Positions 32,538 to 42,403 of a stretch of DNA of 64,000 nucleotides are shown here, piece by piece (the stretch's first letter is position 1; the number at the start of each line of letters is the position of its first letter). Both the position numbers and the translations under genes were made by a program. The stretch covers positions 1 to 64,000 of the IMG/VR virus record IMGVR_UViG_3300032284_001716; one strand, 5' to 3'. Source of the DNA: a virus. A model generated the notes under the pieces. That model did not search any database. It had not been told where the DNA came from and was given only the letters and a program-made list of their open reading frames with translations.

Positions 32538-34853
32538 TTAATTGCCGGGGTGGAACATCTTTAGTAGTTCACCTGATGATGTTTCAGTTGGTGTTGAATT
32601 ATTATTTTTCTTTGTGTTCTTTTTATCATCTTTATTGCTTGATCCACCTTGTGTTTTGTTTGAAGTATGGTCTGTTTTTTTATTAGAGTTTGCTTGGCTT
32701 TTAGTCGGCTGAGGTGCAGGTATAGTTTTAGGAGGTGTCTGTTCAGGTATCACTTTATCGATAGCATAGTCTGCTGCTATACCACCCACAGCTCTTACAA
32801 TACCACCACCAGGCACTGCACCTATTGCAGCTTTTGCTGCTTTCTTATAGTCACCTTGAACACCATAATATGCAGCCTCTGCACCTGCAGCCACTTGACC
32901 AGCGATAGGCACAAACGATATAGCAGTTTTTGCTAAACTTAAACCCATATCCATTAGATCATCATTATCATTGTGTGGCTCAACACGGGCACCTTTAGGA
33001 AGGTTTACTTTAGTTGGGCCATTAGGAGTCTTATAAGTTTTACCACCTGCTTTAATTTTCTCAGACCCCTTTTCACCAACTATAGCTTTACCACCTGGTG
33101 CATATGGTGTTCCCTTTTCGTATCGCGGTGTCTGTGGAGTTTGTTCCTGTCTTCCATTATTCATGTGTTGCTGCAGCGCTGGACGTGACCAAGCCGGTTC
33201 AGAACCACTATGATATGATGGGCCCCAATATCTGCGTGATCCAGTATCAATATGAACTAAACCAGGCCTATATACACCTATGCCGCCAGCTCCTATTCTA
33301 GAAGCTGCTAAGACGAACTTATTAGTTCTGTCCGGATCACCCTGGAATTGAATATCAACAGCTTTTCCCTGAAGATGCATTGAGCCGCCGGCGCCTCCAG
33401 CTCTTGCGTTACGTGCTGCGTCACGATACCCAGAAGTGATGACCATATCCGGAAATAGTTCCATCATCGATTTAGCTTTACCAGCTATATCTGATTGAAT
33501 ACGAGTGTCGACGCCAGGAGCCCATTTTAATCCAAACGCATTAGCGCCGCCGGCGCTTGCAGGTGGACCAGCACCTTCATCATGACGATCTGCTGCTGCA
33601 CCACCTGGTGCGCTAGGCGAACCTGGAGCAGATGGTGTGCTTGGTGAACTAGGTGAAGATGGTGTAACCGATGAGCTCTGTGAAGGTGTCGTATTCCCAA
33701 GAGCACCGGTTAAACCGGTAATATCGCCAAGAAGTATAACTTCATTGGCCTTAAGCTCCATTGTTCCTGCAATGAACTTAATCTCATCAGAAGCATTAAA
33801 GGTCAGTGACTCTCTCATGATAACAGAAGTTTCAGATCGATCAGGATTAATTGTCAACTCACGAATAATTTCAGCGCCTTCTACTCCCGGTGTAGGTGCG
33901 GTAATAGAATCAGCGCCATTTGCCGGTTTTTTAAGATCTTCGATCTCTTTATCAGAGAGCTGAAAGGCTGCCCTAACGATGTAAGCAACAAAATCATCAA
34001 CACTAGCACCAATGGCTTCTAGTGCAAAATAACCGCCTGCAAAACCAACTATGAATCCAGGTATGGCGCCTATTTCGAAATTCCACGATCCAGCTAGCTG
34101 TGATGCTATAGCACCAGCTATCATACCACCAACTATAGCAACACCAAACTCGGCTACAATTTTTGACCATATAACAGTAGCTTCTCTCCAAAAATTTGGA
34201 TTTCCGGAACGATATAATGCGATAGTATCCGTTAGTCCACCGAAAACAGCAACTGCAACAAAATATAGATTGGCCCCTTTAGCGCCAATTGATTCTACTG
34301 CATCTACTGCTGCTTTACCGGCTCCCTTAATTCGTTCCCATGCACTTTTACTTGCTGGCGCTGATTCGGTTACGCTTGGTCTGCTAACTGGTTCAGCACT
34401 TTTATTTTCAGTTGATGTCTCTGAAGTTTTTTCTTCTTGTGCCTTTTTAGCGCTCTCTTCTTCGGCTTTAGCTTTTTCTTCTTGTGCCTTTTTAGCAGCT
34501 TCACTTTTACGTCTCATCCATGGTTGTAACCCACCACCATTACCGTTACCAAGCGAATTTAGAATATCCCTAAGAATCTCATTCTGCTCTTGCTGAAGAG
34601 CGAGTGATTGTGTCAGAATCTCATTCGTAAGCATATTAGTCTGGGTTAGTTCACCCAAAGATTCTGCTACTGGCGATGGATTACCATCTGCAGCCGGTTC
34701 ATTTTTAGTTTTCCTGAATTTTTGTGCAAATGCGTACTGCGTTGGAAAAGCAGTAGCTAACAGCTCTTTACCAAGTTTACCCTGCTTGTACGCAGATACA
34801 AACTTAGCCTGATTAGGAAACGCGATAGAACCAATTGTCCCCAATACAGTCAT
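32538..34853 (-). CDS. Large tail/hub protein with TM region and Peptidase M15 domain
   Basis: ITSGYRD…NA..GGA..SMHLQGKAVDI…GIGVY…VHIDTG. Confidence 0.8.
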   Translation of the reverse strand: MTVLGTIGSIAFPNQAKFVSAYKQGKLGKELLATAFPTQYAFAQKFRKTKNEPAADGNPSPVAESLGELTQTNMLTNEILTQSLALQQEQNEILRDILNSLGNGNGGGLQPWMRRKSEAAKKAQEEKAKAEEESAKKAQEEKTSETSTENKSAEPVSRPSVTESAPASKSAWERIKGAGKAAVDAVESIGAKGANLYFVAVAVFGGLTDTIALYRSGNPNFWREATVIWSKIVAEFGVAIVGGMIAGAIASQLAGSWNFEIGAIPGFIVGFAGGYFALEAIGASVDDFVAYIVRAAFQLSDKEIEDLKKPANGADSITAPTPGVEGAEIIRELTINPDRSETSVIMRESLTFNASDEIKFIAGTMELKANEVILLGDITGLTGALGNTTPSQSSSVTPSSPSSPSTPSAPGSPSAPGGAAADRHDEGAGPPASAGGANAFGLKWAPGVDTRIQSDIAGKAKSMMELFPDMVITSGYRDAARNARAGGAGGSMHLQGKAVDIQFQGDPDRTNKFVLAASRIGAGGIGVYRPGLVHIDTGSRRYWGPSYHSGSEPAWSRPALQQHMNNGRQEQTPQTPRYEKGTPYAPGGKAIVGEKGSEKIKAGGKTYKTPNGPTKVNLPKGARVEPHNDNDDLMDMGLSLAKTAISFVPIAGQVAAGAEAAYYGVQGDYKKAAKAAIGAVPGGGIVRAVGGIAADYAIDKVIPEQTPPKTIPAPQPTKSQANSNKKTDHTSNKTQGGSSNKDDKKNTKKNNNSTPTETSSGELLKMFHPGN

Positions 34854-37738
34854 TATCTACCTCCAACAGATAAGCCAGAAGTTTCTTTACCAAATAGATA
34901 TGGAAAATATTTCCCCATCCAACCACCGTCATCAGGATTTGTAGTTTCACTACTCTGTTTCTTTTCAGTAGTCTTTGGTGCGTACGCGTCGACTTGATAG
35001 TTACGCGCGTCGGAAGCCGCCTGCGCTGCCTCTGCAGAAGCTTCTGGTCCCTGTATAGCGAGAGCAGCATTTCTTGGAGTCAGCGCTCTTCCAGTAGTAG
35101 TGCCGTCTGGCTTCGGTACCGGAGGTCCGATCTGCGAGATCGTTTCGCCGGCTTGCTGTATGATGTCGTTGGTGCGAGTCGTCTCTAGCTGATGTCTCTC
35201 TGCGGCTACCTTTGGTCCGGACGTGTCGCGAGTGTCTTGATCCAGCATGTCTGCAGTACGAAGCGCTTGGTCTCTCTCCGCGTTCTTTTCTACCTGAGCT
35301 CTGAAAGCAGTAGCAGCAGCGGCCCCCTCTTGCGCTTGTTCTGCTGCCGGATCTTTGCCTGCCCACAAGCTGTTTCCTACTGTAGGAGCTAGTATGTCTG
35401 GCACGCGCGGCGGCATCGCCTTGACTGGCTTCGGCTTCGGCTTCGGAGCAGCTACGGTGATCGTCTTCTTGATCTTCGGTGGAGACATAGACAGCTCTAG
35501 CTGACGCTGCTTGTCTGCAGCAAAGAACATTGCTGATGTGCCCGAGTCACCACGACGTTCTGCATCCTGATGAGCTTGGAACATCGCACGTGACTTGGCG
35601 TGACGATCCCAGTTAGGATCATCAACCTCAATTGTCTTAGTCTGTGGTTTTGGCTTTACAACCTTTTCAGGAGCCGGCGTTGCGGCTGCTTTACGCGCAG
35701 CTACTTCTGCCGCACCGTCACCTCTACCACTACCAATAAATTCTTGGTGTCGTAGGGCAGGTACAGTAACGTTACCCATAGCATCAAACTGTGCTGCTTC
35801 ATCCTCAATTGTCTTAGTCTGTGGCTTTTTAGCATCAGCAGCTTCAGCTGCTTCTTTTGCAGCTACCATCTTTGCCATTGGATTAGTTATGGCATTGGCA
35901 TTTGCGGCTGCTGTCATCTGCGCACCTTGCGCCATATCATCTCTATCTGCTGCTTCCCATCTTGCATTGCTACTCTGGACACCAGTAGCTGCAGCTTGAG
36001 GTCCAGCTACACTACTTCCACTTAGTCTGACTGCAGAACCCGGTGCACCATTTTGTCGCGCGTCTGCATTAGTACCACCTGGGACAATGTCTTCGACTTT
36101 TAATTTACTTAAATGACCTAGGCGCTTTGCGGTATCAAGATCTGGGCGCGCCGGCGCCTCAAATCCCTTAACGACAGAATACAATCTGGCCTGGGTAGAC
36201 AACTCTTCATTATTTAGATCGGCCCAAGCTTTTTTATAATGAGTCTTCATTTCCCAGGCAAATGCTTTTGACTGTTCAGCAACAGTCATCTCATTAGGCA
36301 TTTTACCAAATTGTTTTCTAATTCGTTCAGAACGAGGGCCATCCCATTGAGCTATGCCATGAGCTCTTTGATTTGGATTGCTTCTTGAAGGATCCGCATG
36401 AGTATCATTTGGTTTATGAAGTGCTTCACCTGATAAATTAGCGACGGCTATTCTAGCAGCGGAATCAGATAAACCTTCTGCTCTTAAAGCTGTATAAGCT
36501 TCTTGTTGATTTGCTGCTAAATTTCTATTCGGTGCGCCGACTCGTTGAGCGGTCGAACTAAGCGCTTCTAAACCAGGTCCAGCCGAACCAGCAGATGGTG
36601 TGTTTCCATAGATATTTGTTCCCGGGGCATTATTTAATCTAGCGTTAGCACCACTTCCACTTCCTGATGGTGTGCCACCTATACCATTGCCCTGTCCGTT
36701 TCCACCTGTTCCTTGCCCACCCTGCGAACTTCCTTGACTATTTGTAGAAGCTGATACCGCTGCGGCGGATGACTGCTGGATCTGGGCTATCTCACTTTTT
36801 TTTACACTTTTTGCATCGATAGTAAGTGTTTGAACTTCAAACTTTAACTTATTAGTAGTGAATGTGAGAGTCTTACTATCAAATTTCAGATCTCCTTTCA
36901 GTTTTTTAGCACCACCTCTGTTCTGAGCTTCCTGTATAGCTGGAGTAGAGCGTGCGCCACCGCTATTTCCACCGCCGCTAGGAGCTGGCGGTGGTATACT
37001 AGTATTAGATCCACTAGCTGCCGGTGTAGATGACTGATGATCAGTCATTGCGACTGTAGCGGCAGCTGCACCAACAGCGCCTGTCGTTATAGCTGTACGG
37101 TTTGACTTACTAGGTGTAGTTGGGCCTGGGTTGGCTCTAGGAGTCTGTGTTGGTGATGGCCCGCTACTACGACCACCCATGTTTTTAACTGCTGAAGCTA
37201 TCTCTTGCAGGATAGTTATAGATCGTGTCTGCAATTGAATCTGCTCTCTGATAAGCAGATTGTTCTCACGAGTTATACCGGTTGAAGCTTCAACACCAAA
37301 CCTGGTTTCTGTAGCTTCACGCTTATAATCATTTGCTAAATTTTCATTAACTTGACTATTGCTAGAGGATTGAGAAGTAGCAGAAGTAGCTGTACGCTGC
37401 TTTTCCTTCTCAGCGTTATCATACATCTCCTTGAAAGCTTCCTTTAGAAGCTTTTTTTCATTTGATTTGCGCTTGTTCTCAGCCTTTGTATAAAGATCGT
37501 CAAAGATTTCCTTGACGTCTTTCTTGGTAAGAATGCTCCTGCGAGTTTTCTTACTCTCTTCTTTTTCAGCATTGACTTCGTCTTTTAAAGCTTTCTGCTC
37601 AGCTTCAAGCTTATCTTGATCAGCTTGCTGTGCAGCTATAGCTGCAGCAATTTGCTCCTGCGCTCGGCCAGCACCCTTGCCGCCCTCGCGCATAAGTTGA
37701 GCAAGAATCTCTTCGCCTGATTGTGCTTTGCCCGCCAT
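34853..37738 (-). CDS. Tape-measure/gp29-like protein with phage tail lysozyme domain
   Basis: Coiled-coil N-terminus; GLSDSAARIAVANLSGE…AHGIAQW.G.R…FEAP; directly downstream of gp26/gp51. Confidence 0.7.
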   Translation of the reverse strand: MAGKAQSGEEILAQLMREGGKGAGRAQEQIAAAIAAQQADQDKLEAEQKALKDEVNAEKEESKKTRRSILTKKDVKEIFDDLYTKAENKRKSNEKKLLKEAFKEMYDNAEKEKQRTATSATSQSSSNSQVNENLANDYKREATETRFGVEASTGITRENNLLIREQIQLQTRSITILQEIASAVKNMGGRSSGPSPTQTPRANPGPTTPSKSNRTAITTGAVGAAAATVAMTDHQSSTPAASGSNTSIPPPAPSGGGNSGGARSTPAIQEAQNRGGAKKLKGDLKFDSKTLTFTTNKLKFEVQTLTIDAKSVKKSEIAQIQQSSAAAVSASTNSQGSSQGGQGTGGNGQGNGIGGTPSGSGSGANARLNNAPGTNIYGNTPSAGSAGPGLEALSSTAQRVGAPNRNLAANQQEAYTALRAEGLSDSAARIAVANLSGEALHKPNDTHADPSRSNPNQRAHGIAQWDGPRSERIRKQFGKMPNEMTVAEQSKAFAWEMKTHYKKAWADLNNEELSTQARLYSVVKGFEAPARPDLDTAKRLGHLSKLKVEDIVPGGTNADARQNGAPGSAVRLSGSSVAGPQAAATGVQSSNARWEAADRDDMAQGAQMTAAANANAITNPMAKMVAAKEAAEAADAKKPQTKTIEDEAAQFDAMGNVTVPALRHQEFIGSGRGDGAAEVAARKAAATPAPEKVVKPKPQTKTIEVDDPNWDRHAKSRAMFQAHQDAERRGDSGTSAMFFAADKQRQLELSMSPPKIKKTITVAAPKPKPKPVKAMPPRVPDILAPTVGNSLWAGKDPAAEQAQEGAAAATAFRAQVEKNAERDQALRTADMLDQDTRDTSGPKVAAERHQLETTRTNDIIQQAGETISQIGPPVPKPDGTTTGRALTPRNAALAIQGPEASAEAAQAASDARNYQVDAYAPKTTEKKQSSETTNPDDGGWMGKYFPYLFGKETSGLSVGGR

Positions 37739-37741
37739 CTA

Positions 37742-37921
37742 CTAACCCATTCTTTGACGTTCTTCTTGCTCTTTGATAAAGTTAATCAACAGCTCAACGT
37801 AAATATCTCGTTCGAAGACTACTAAGTTCTCGATCTCCGATATTTGATATTTATGATGCTGAGCCAGGGAGAAGATAGTCTGATAGTAGTTGTCTAGATT
37901 GTTGTGACTCAGCGCAAGGTA
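37742..37921 (-). CDS. gp51: gp51-like baseplate hub assembly segment without canonical start (probable -1 frameshift extension of gp26)
   Basis: -1 frame reads YLALSHNNLDNYYQTIFSLAQHHKYQISEIENLVVFERDIYVELL…; TGA directly precedes the T7 run. Confidence 0.8.
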   Translation of the reverse strand, partial: YLALSHNNLDNYYQTIFSLAQHHKYQISEIENLVVFERDIYVELLINFIKEQEERQRMG

Positions 37922-38622
37922 AAAAAATCAGATAACGTTGTAAGTTCGATCGTCTTATCCGCCCCTGTTGCATTCTTGTACTCTAACTTATAGTACAGCG
38001 AAGGGAGGTTCGACATAAACTCACGTACAAGTTCGAAGCTCTTGATGTCCATAAGTTCTAGGAACTCAAGAAGGTCGTCCTCACTAAAGTCCCTGCCCTC
38101 ATATACATTATCTACATCATAGATCTGGCCGATACAACGAACGACAAGACGATAGAATGTCTCATCACCCTCTGATTTGAGGAAGACTTTATCATCGTAG
38201 ATATAAGCCGGCGGATATTGCATAACCAAACCAGACTTATCGGTGATTGCAATCTTTGTATCCTGCTTATCGGGATACTTAATTTCGACCTTCTTCAGGT
38301 CGACCTCAAAGTCATATACCTGCTGATCTTCAATGTCACGATATGATACCTTAATTTGATCGCCAATCGAGAAACCACGAAGACGAACAAACAAATACTC
38401 GAGGGCAAACAGTGGAATCTTATCGATGTTGAACGTTGGGTCCATGCTGCAATTGTTGACGACCTGCTTTATAGCAGTCAGCATATCAGTTTGATCCTCA
38501 CTCACTTTAGCCATAAGTAGAAGCTTCTCTTCCTTCACTAACATTGGTCTAAACATATAAGACTTACTGTCAGGTGGGATGCTGATAGAGATCGTAGGAT
38601 ACGAAATTTTAGGTAGTGCCAT
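37909..38622 (-). CDS. gp26: Baseplate hub assembly protein gp26
   Basis: MALPKI…FRPMLVKEEKLLLMA…EYLFVRLRGFSIG…LSDFF. Confidence 0.88.
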   Translation of the reverse strand: MALPKISYPTISISIPPDSKSYMFRPMLVKEEKLLLMAKVSEDQTDMLTAIKQVVNNCSMDPTFNIDKIPLFALEYLFVRLRGFSIGDQIKVSYRDIEDQQVYDFEVDLKKVEIKYPDKQDTKIAITDKSGLVMQYPPAYIYDDKVFLKSEGDETFYRLVVRCIGQIYDVDNVYEGRDFSEDDLLEFLELMDIKSFELVREFMSNLPSLYYKLEYKNATGADKTIELTTLSDFFTLR

Positions 38623-38641
38623 TTTATACTCCAGTTGTTAA

Positions 38642-39388
38642 TTATGCAGTCATCGATGATTGCGGTGCTCTTAAGACCGCGCTATTATTAGGTTGATTAA
38701 GCGGCGAAGATTGAAAAGATTGAATTGGCGCATTTAGATCTAATGTTGTACCAAAGTCATCCAGTGACCACTCGGTAAAGCTAAACTTAGCTGTTACTTT
38801 TAACAAACCATTTTGCTGTTCCCATGAAACAGGAATATCATTAAGCGCAATCGGGAAAGCCCTATATAAGTTATAAGTGATAGAAGGTAGTCCAGCTGTG
38901 TCATATACAACTATCTGAATATTTCCAGCATAGTTATCTTTATATTCAGTAGTATAAAACTTTCTGCCATCTAACTGTGCTATTCCGCCTGTTCGTGCGT
39001 AACCAGGTGGTGTAGCCCCGTTTGTCGTAAAGATATAGTTCAGCCATGTATATAAGAAAGCGTGAGTCATTCCAAATCGATCACAGATAAATGTCAAATC
39101 TACATCTGTAAAGTTGCTACTAAATGGCATCTTCTCTTGAACACCAACACCATATCTAGCACTATCAACGGTTCTTAGAGCTACACCAGGTAGACTAGCA
39201 CTTACACAACGATACTGTAGATCATCCAGGATCTTTGACGTTGGAACTGGGCCATTAACTAGTGTTGTAACTGCTGTACCATTCATTGCTGAATTGACGC
39301 CAAATGAAATTTGTACAGCGTACTTATTAGTCTGGAGGATGCCTCGTTGGCCGATTCTACCTCTAAATTCTTCGATATTAAATGCCAT
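38642..39388 (-). CDS. gp54: Baseplate tail-tube initiator (gp54-like)
   Basis: NKYAV, C.SASLPG, EYKDNY, AFPIAL; position next to gp2. Confidence 0.65.
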   Translation of the reverse strand: MAFNIEEFRGRIGQRGILQTNKYAVQISFGVNSAMNGTAVTTLVNGPVPTSKILDDLQYRCVSASLPGVALRTVDSARYGVGVQEKMPFSSNFTDVDLTFICDRFGMTHAFLYTWLNYIFTTNGATPPGYARTGGIAQLDGRKFYTTEYKDNYAGNIQIVVYDTAGLPSITYNLYRAFPIALNDIPVSWEQQNGLLKVTAKFSFTEWSLDDFGTTLDLNAPIQSFQSSPLNQPNNSAVLRAPQSSMTA

Positions 39389-40074
39389 TAGATCCTCGTA
39401 AGTGATTCTTTCCAGACGTCTGATTTGCGTTTTCCTTGGAACCTATCGATAGGTAGCATCAAAGCAACATCCCATTCGTCTGGAGCTATATAAAGAAACG
39501 GCGACCTAACATGATCAATAAGGTATCTCTTCACACAAGGTTTAAACGGACCAAACTTAGAAGCACCTTGTAGGATTCTATACGAGATTTTAAGTTGTGT
39601 CTTCTCATCGTAAGTATCCTCAATGGCTATTGCCTTTGATACAAACTTACCAGTAGCTACCTCAGTATATTTTCCAGGCGATACTTCCTTATAGCCTTCT
39701 TTTATCTTAGTCCTTTTATTTATAGTGCTGTAGAGAGCATCCATCAATTTAGCTCTCATCACAGGAGGTAGATAGTGCATATTGATACCAAGAAATCCAT
39801 CTGAGTAGATCTCGATTGGGAATATCAACGGGTACATATCATAGTATGGAAGGACTTCCTTCAGCTTTGGATCGTACTGGAAGGTGTACATCTTGCCAAT
39901 AGAATCTTCGTCAATCTTTCCCTTACGGTTGACAATTGCAGCCTTATTGATGATATTACCGGGCTTTACAGAACGGATAGATAAAGCCTTCTCACGAAAC
40001 CAGTCTACAGACTTTTTCGGATCTAAGCCGGCGGCTTTACCTTTATTCAGGATGTTTTGAAATGTTGTCGCCAT
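39388..40074 (-). CDS. gp2: DNA end protector gp2
   Basis: GKMYTFQYDPK…LPYYD.YPL…GINMHYLP…KPCVKRYL. Confidence 0.92.
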   Translation of the reverse strand: MATTFQNILNKGKAAGLDPKKSVDWFREKALSIRSVKPGNIINKAAIVNRKGKIDEDSIGKMYTFQYDPKLKEVLPYYDMYPLIFPIEIYSDGFLGINMHYLPPVMRAKLMDALYSTINKRTKIKEGYKEVSPGKYTEVATGKFVSKAIAIEDTYDEKTQLKISYRILQGASKFGPFKPCVKRYLIDHVRSPFLYIAPDEWDVALMLPIDRFQGKRKSDVWKESLTRI

Positions 40075-40523
40075 TAGAAGGTCAACCCTAACTCTTTCTC
40101 GGTTATAATGATAAACTCGTATCCACGATCTTTGCAGTATTCACGTGCGGCTTTCCACTTTGCATCATTTACACCCCACGTCATAACCTCGTTAATATAC
40201 CTGCGGTTCTTAGAACCACCCTTCTGGACAGTCGGAGGTTTTGTCTGAGCTAATGGCTTAACCTCTACGATCGCCGTCTTTATCTTTCCATCAGCTGTAC
40301 GCATGTTTACCGTAAAGTCAGTGAAATATCTATGATACCTACCGTCAATCGGCGAACGGTATGGAATGATAGTTTCTTCACTCTGCCACCAAATCACATT
40401 AGGATCACCGTCAAAACGGTTCATCACGATGAGTTCCCACCTTGAGCGATACACAATATTTGTAGGATCACCCTTGTACTTCTGAGGATTTTTAGGCTTA
40501 AAGTAACCCTTATATGTAGCCAT
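40074..40523 (-). CDS. gp4: Head completion nuclease gp4
   Basis: YKGYFKPKNPQKYKGDP..IVYRSRWE…EVKP..QT…NDAKWKAA. Confidence 0.95.
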   Translation of the reverse strand: MATYKGYFKPKNPQKYKGDPTNIVYRSRWELIVMNRFDGDPNVIWWQSEETIIPYRSPIDGRYHRYFTDFTVNMRTADGKIKTAIVEVKPLAQTKPPTVQKGGSKNRRYINEVMTWGVNDAKWKAAREYCKDRGYEFIIITEKELGLTF

Positions 40524-40539
40524 GGGCTCCTACAAAAAC

Positions 40540-40564
40540 GATAAATAACTTAAAGGTATTTATA
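40540..40564. promoter_or_regulatory. Overlapping divergent late promoters
   Basis: GATAAATA on + (40540-47) and TATAAATA on - (40557-64) between gp4 and gp48. Confidence 0.7.
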
Positions 40565-40573
40565 GGGATTCTA

Positions 40574-41521
40574 ATGGTAGATACAACAGTTAATATACAA
40601 GCAAGCTTACCATCGAGCGTTAGTAGTATTGCAGCGGCTACAGACCCAAGTCAAGGTAATTTACAGCTTCAGAACAGCGTATCTAACGGTGTAATGCCGG
40701 TATCACAATCGATATGTTTTCCTCAAGGTTTAGAAGCCCAAGACTTCTGGATGTCATTTAGCTTCTATCAATACCAACGCCCGACATTTTCTAATAATCC
40801 CGTTCTTAAAGATGCTGGCACGATTAGGCTTCCATTAGCCAACGGCTTAGTTGACTCTCAGGGTGTTTCTTATTCTGTAAAACCATTGGATCCTGGCCTT
40901 GGTGCTGCTTTGAATGAAGTATCTGGTGGTAGAGGCGGTTCTAATCCAATGGATGCTATAAGTAATGCGGCAGAGAGCGGCATCCGTGGCGCGCTGGGCG
41001 GCGGCGCACAAAAGATTGCAGCAGCAGCATTAGGTCAAAATGCACCTCAAGCTTTACTTGGATTAGCAGGTGTAACACAAAACCCATGGCTAACTGTTAT
41101 GTTTGATGCTCCTCAGTATAAAAAACATGCGTTATCTTGGACACTACTTCCATCTAATGAAACGGAATCACTTGCTATTGCCCAGATGATTACGACATTT
41201 AAGTTTAACATGCTTCCTGATTCATCTGGCGCGCTTGGTGGTTCGCTATTGACGTATCCTAATATTGTTCAAGTTACTGTTAATAATGCTCAGGGAGCAT
41301 TTTGGAACTATATCTTTAAACCAGCGGTCATCGAGACATTTTCAGTTAACTATGCGCCTACTGGACAGCCATCAATGTTTGGAAAAACTAAAGCCCCCAC
41401 TGCAGTACAGCTTTCCTTGAATCTTCAAGAAATTGAGTTCTTCCTACAGAGGGATTATGGTGCTCCAAATAGTGCTGGTAACTCCAACCTCGATGCGCTC
41501 GAAAAATGGTTTAATAGCTAA
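40574..41521 (+). CDS. gp48: Baseplate tail-tube cap gp48
   Basis: IRLPL, NPWL.VMF..P, W.L.P.N..E, YP, L.LQEIE; precedes gp53. Confidence 0.75.
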   Translation: MVDTTVNIQASLPSSVSSIAAATDPSQGNLQLQNSVSNGVMPVSQSICFPQGLEAQDFWMSFSFYQYQRPTFSNNPVLKDAGTIRLPLANGLVDSQGVSYSVKPLDPGLGAALNEVSGGRGGSNPMDAISNAAESGIRGALGGGAQKIAAAALGQNAPQALLGLAGVTQNPWLTVMFDAPQYKKHALSWTLLPSNETESLAIAQMITTFKFNMLPDSSGALGGSLLTYPNIVQVTVNNAQGAFWNYIFKPAVIETFSVNYAPTGQPSMFGKTKAPTAVQLSLNLQEIEFFLQRDYGAPNSAGNSNLDALEKWFNS

Positions 41522-42402
41522 TGTCAGAATCATACTTTAAGAATTTTAATATAGTATCTTATGGGGGCGCTTACGCGGTTGATATAACAGAGCGCGTTGT
41601 TGAGCTGAAGAATACATTAAAGAATCCATATATTTTCTATCCTATGAACATCGTTCAGGGTGTTAGACCAGATCAACTAGCATATGCTAATTATGAAGAT
41701 CCATATACTAGCTGGATCATGTATATCACTAACGATGTACTAGATCCATATTTCGAATGGTATCTAACAGACTATCAGATGACTCAGTTCATCAAGGATA
41801 AGTACGGTAACATGCAGCGTGCAATGGATAGAGTTGCCTACTATCGAAATGACTATAGCGATAAAAACAGTATTGGTGTAGCCGCATTTAATGCTCTAAC
41901 ACCAGGTCAGATGCAGTATTGGGAACCGGTATATGGTGTTGGTTCTTATGTTATTGAGTTTCGTAGAAAGGCATTAGAACTAAAGGCATCAACCAATTTT
42001 ATTCTTAGCGTTGGATATACCGGTAATGCCGCTGGATTTGTTAGGGATGAAGTCTTAAATATTAAGTACTCAAGAACTACAACTGGAACGGCTCAGTTCA
42101 TTCAGGCCAACTCTACAAACATGTTGATTCAGCATATTGATGGTGATGCATTTCCACATGACGATGTGGTTATTACTGCGAACAGCTATATATATGGTGT
42201 AGAAAGCTCATCAAATGTTAATATTACAAGCTGCGAGTTCATCTCAAATAACATTCCAGCTGATGTCTATGCATATTGGGCCCCAGTCTACTATTATGAC
42301 ATAGAGATTGAGAAGAATGAAGGCAATAAGACGATTCGCCTTTTACAAGCACAGTATGTTCCCGATTTTCTAAGAAACTTCAAAACACTATTGAGTCAAT
42401 AA
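41521..42402 (+). CDS. gp53: Baseplate wedge gp53
   Basis: YFKNF…RPDQLA…Y…W…NDVLDPYFEW…E.EKNE.NK.IRLL. Confidence 0.85.
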   Translation: MSESYFKNFNIVSYGGAYAVDITERVVELKNTLKNPYIFYPMNIVQGVRPDQLAYANYEDPYTSWIMYITNDVLDPYFEWYLTDYQMTQFIKDKYGNMQRAMDRVAYYRNDYSDKNSIGVAAFNALTPGQMQYWEPVYGVGSYVIEFRRKALELKASTNFILSVGYTGNAAGFVRDEVLNIKYSRTTTGTAQFIQANSTNMLIQHIDGDAFPHDDVVITANSYIYGVESSSNVNITSCEFISNNIPADVYAYWAPVYYYDIEIEKNEGNKTIRLLQAQYVPDFLRNFKTLLSQ

Positions 42403-42403
42403 A

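Noticed and set aside
35626-35824. 22-bp direct repeat (35626-47, 35803-24)
   Set aside because: Encodes a repeated PQTKTIE peptide in a low-complexity region; no att-site or DGR context
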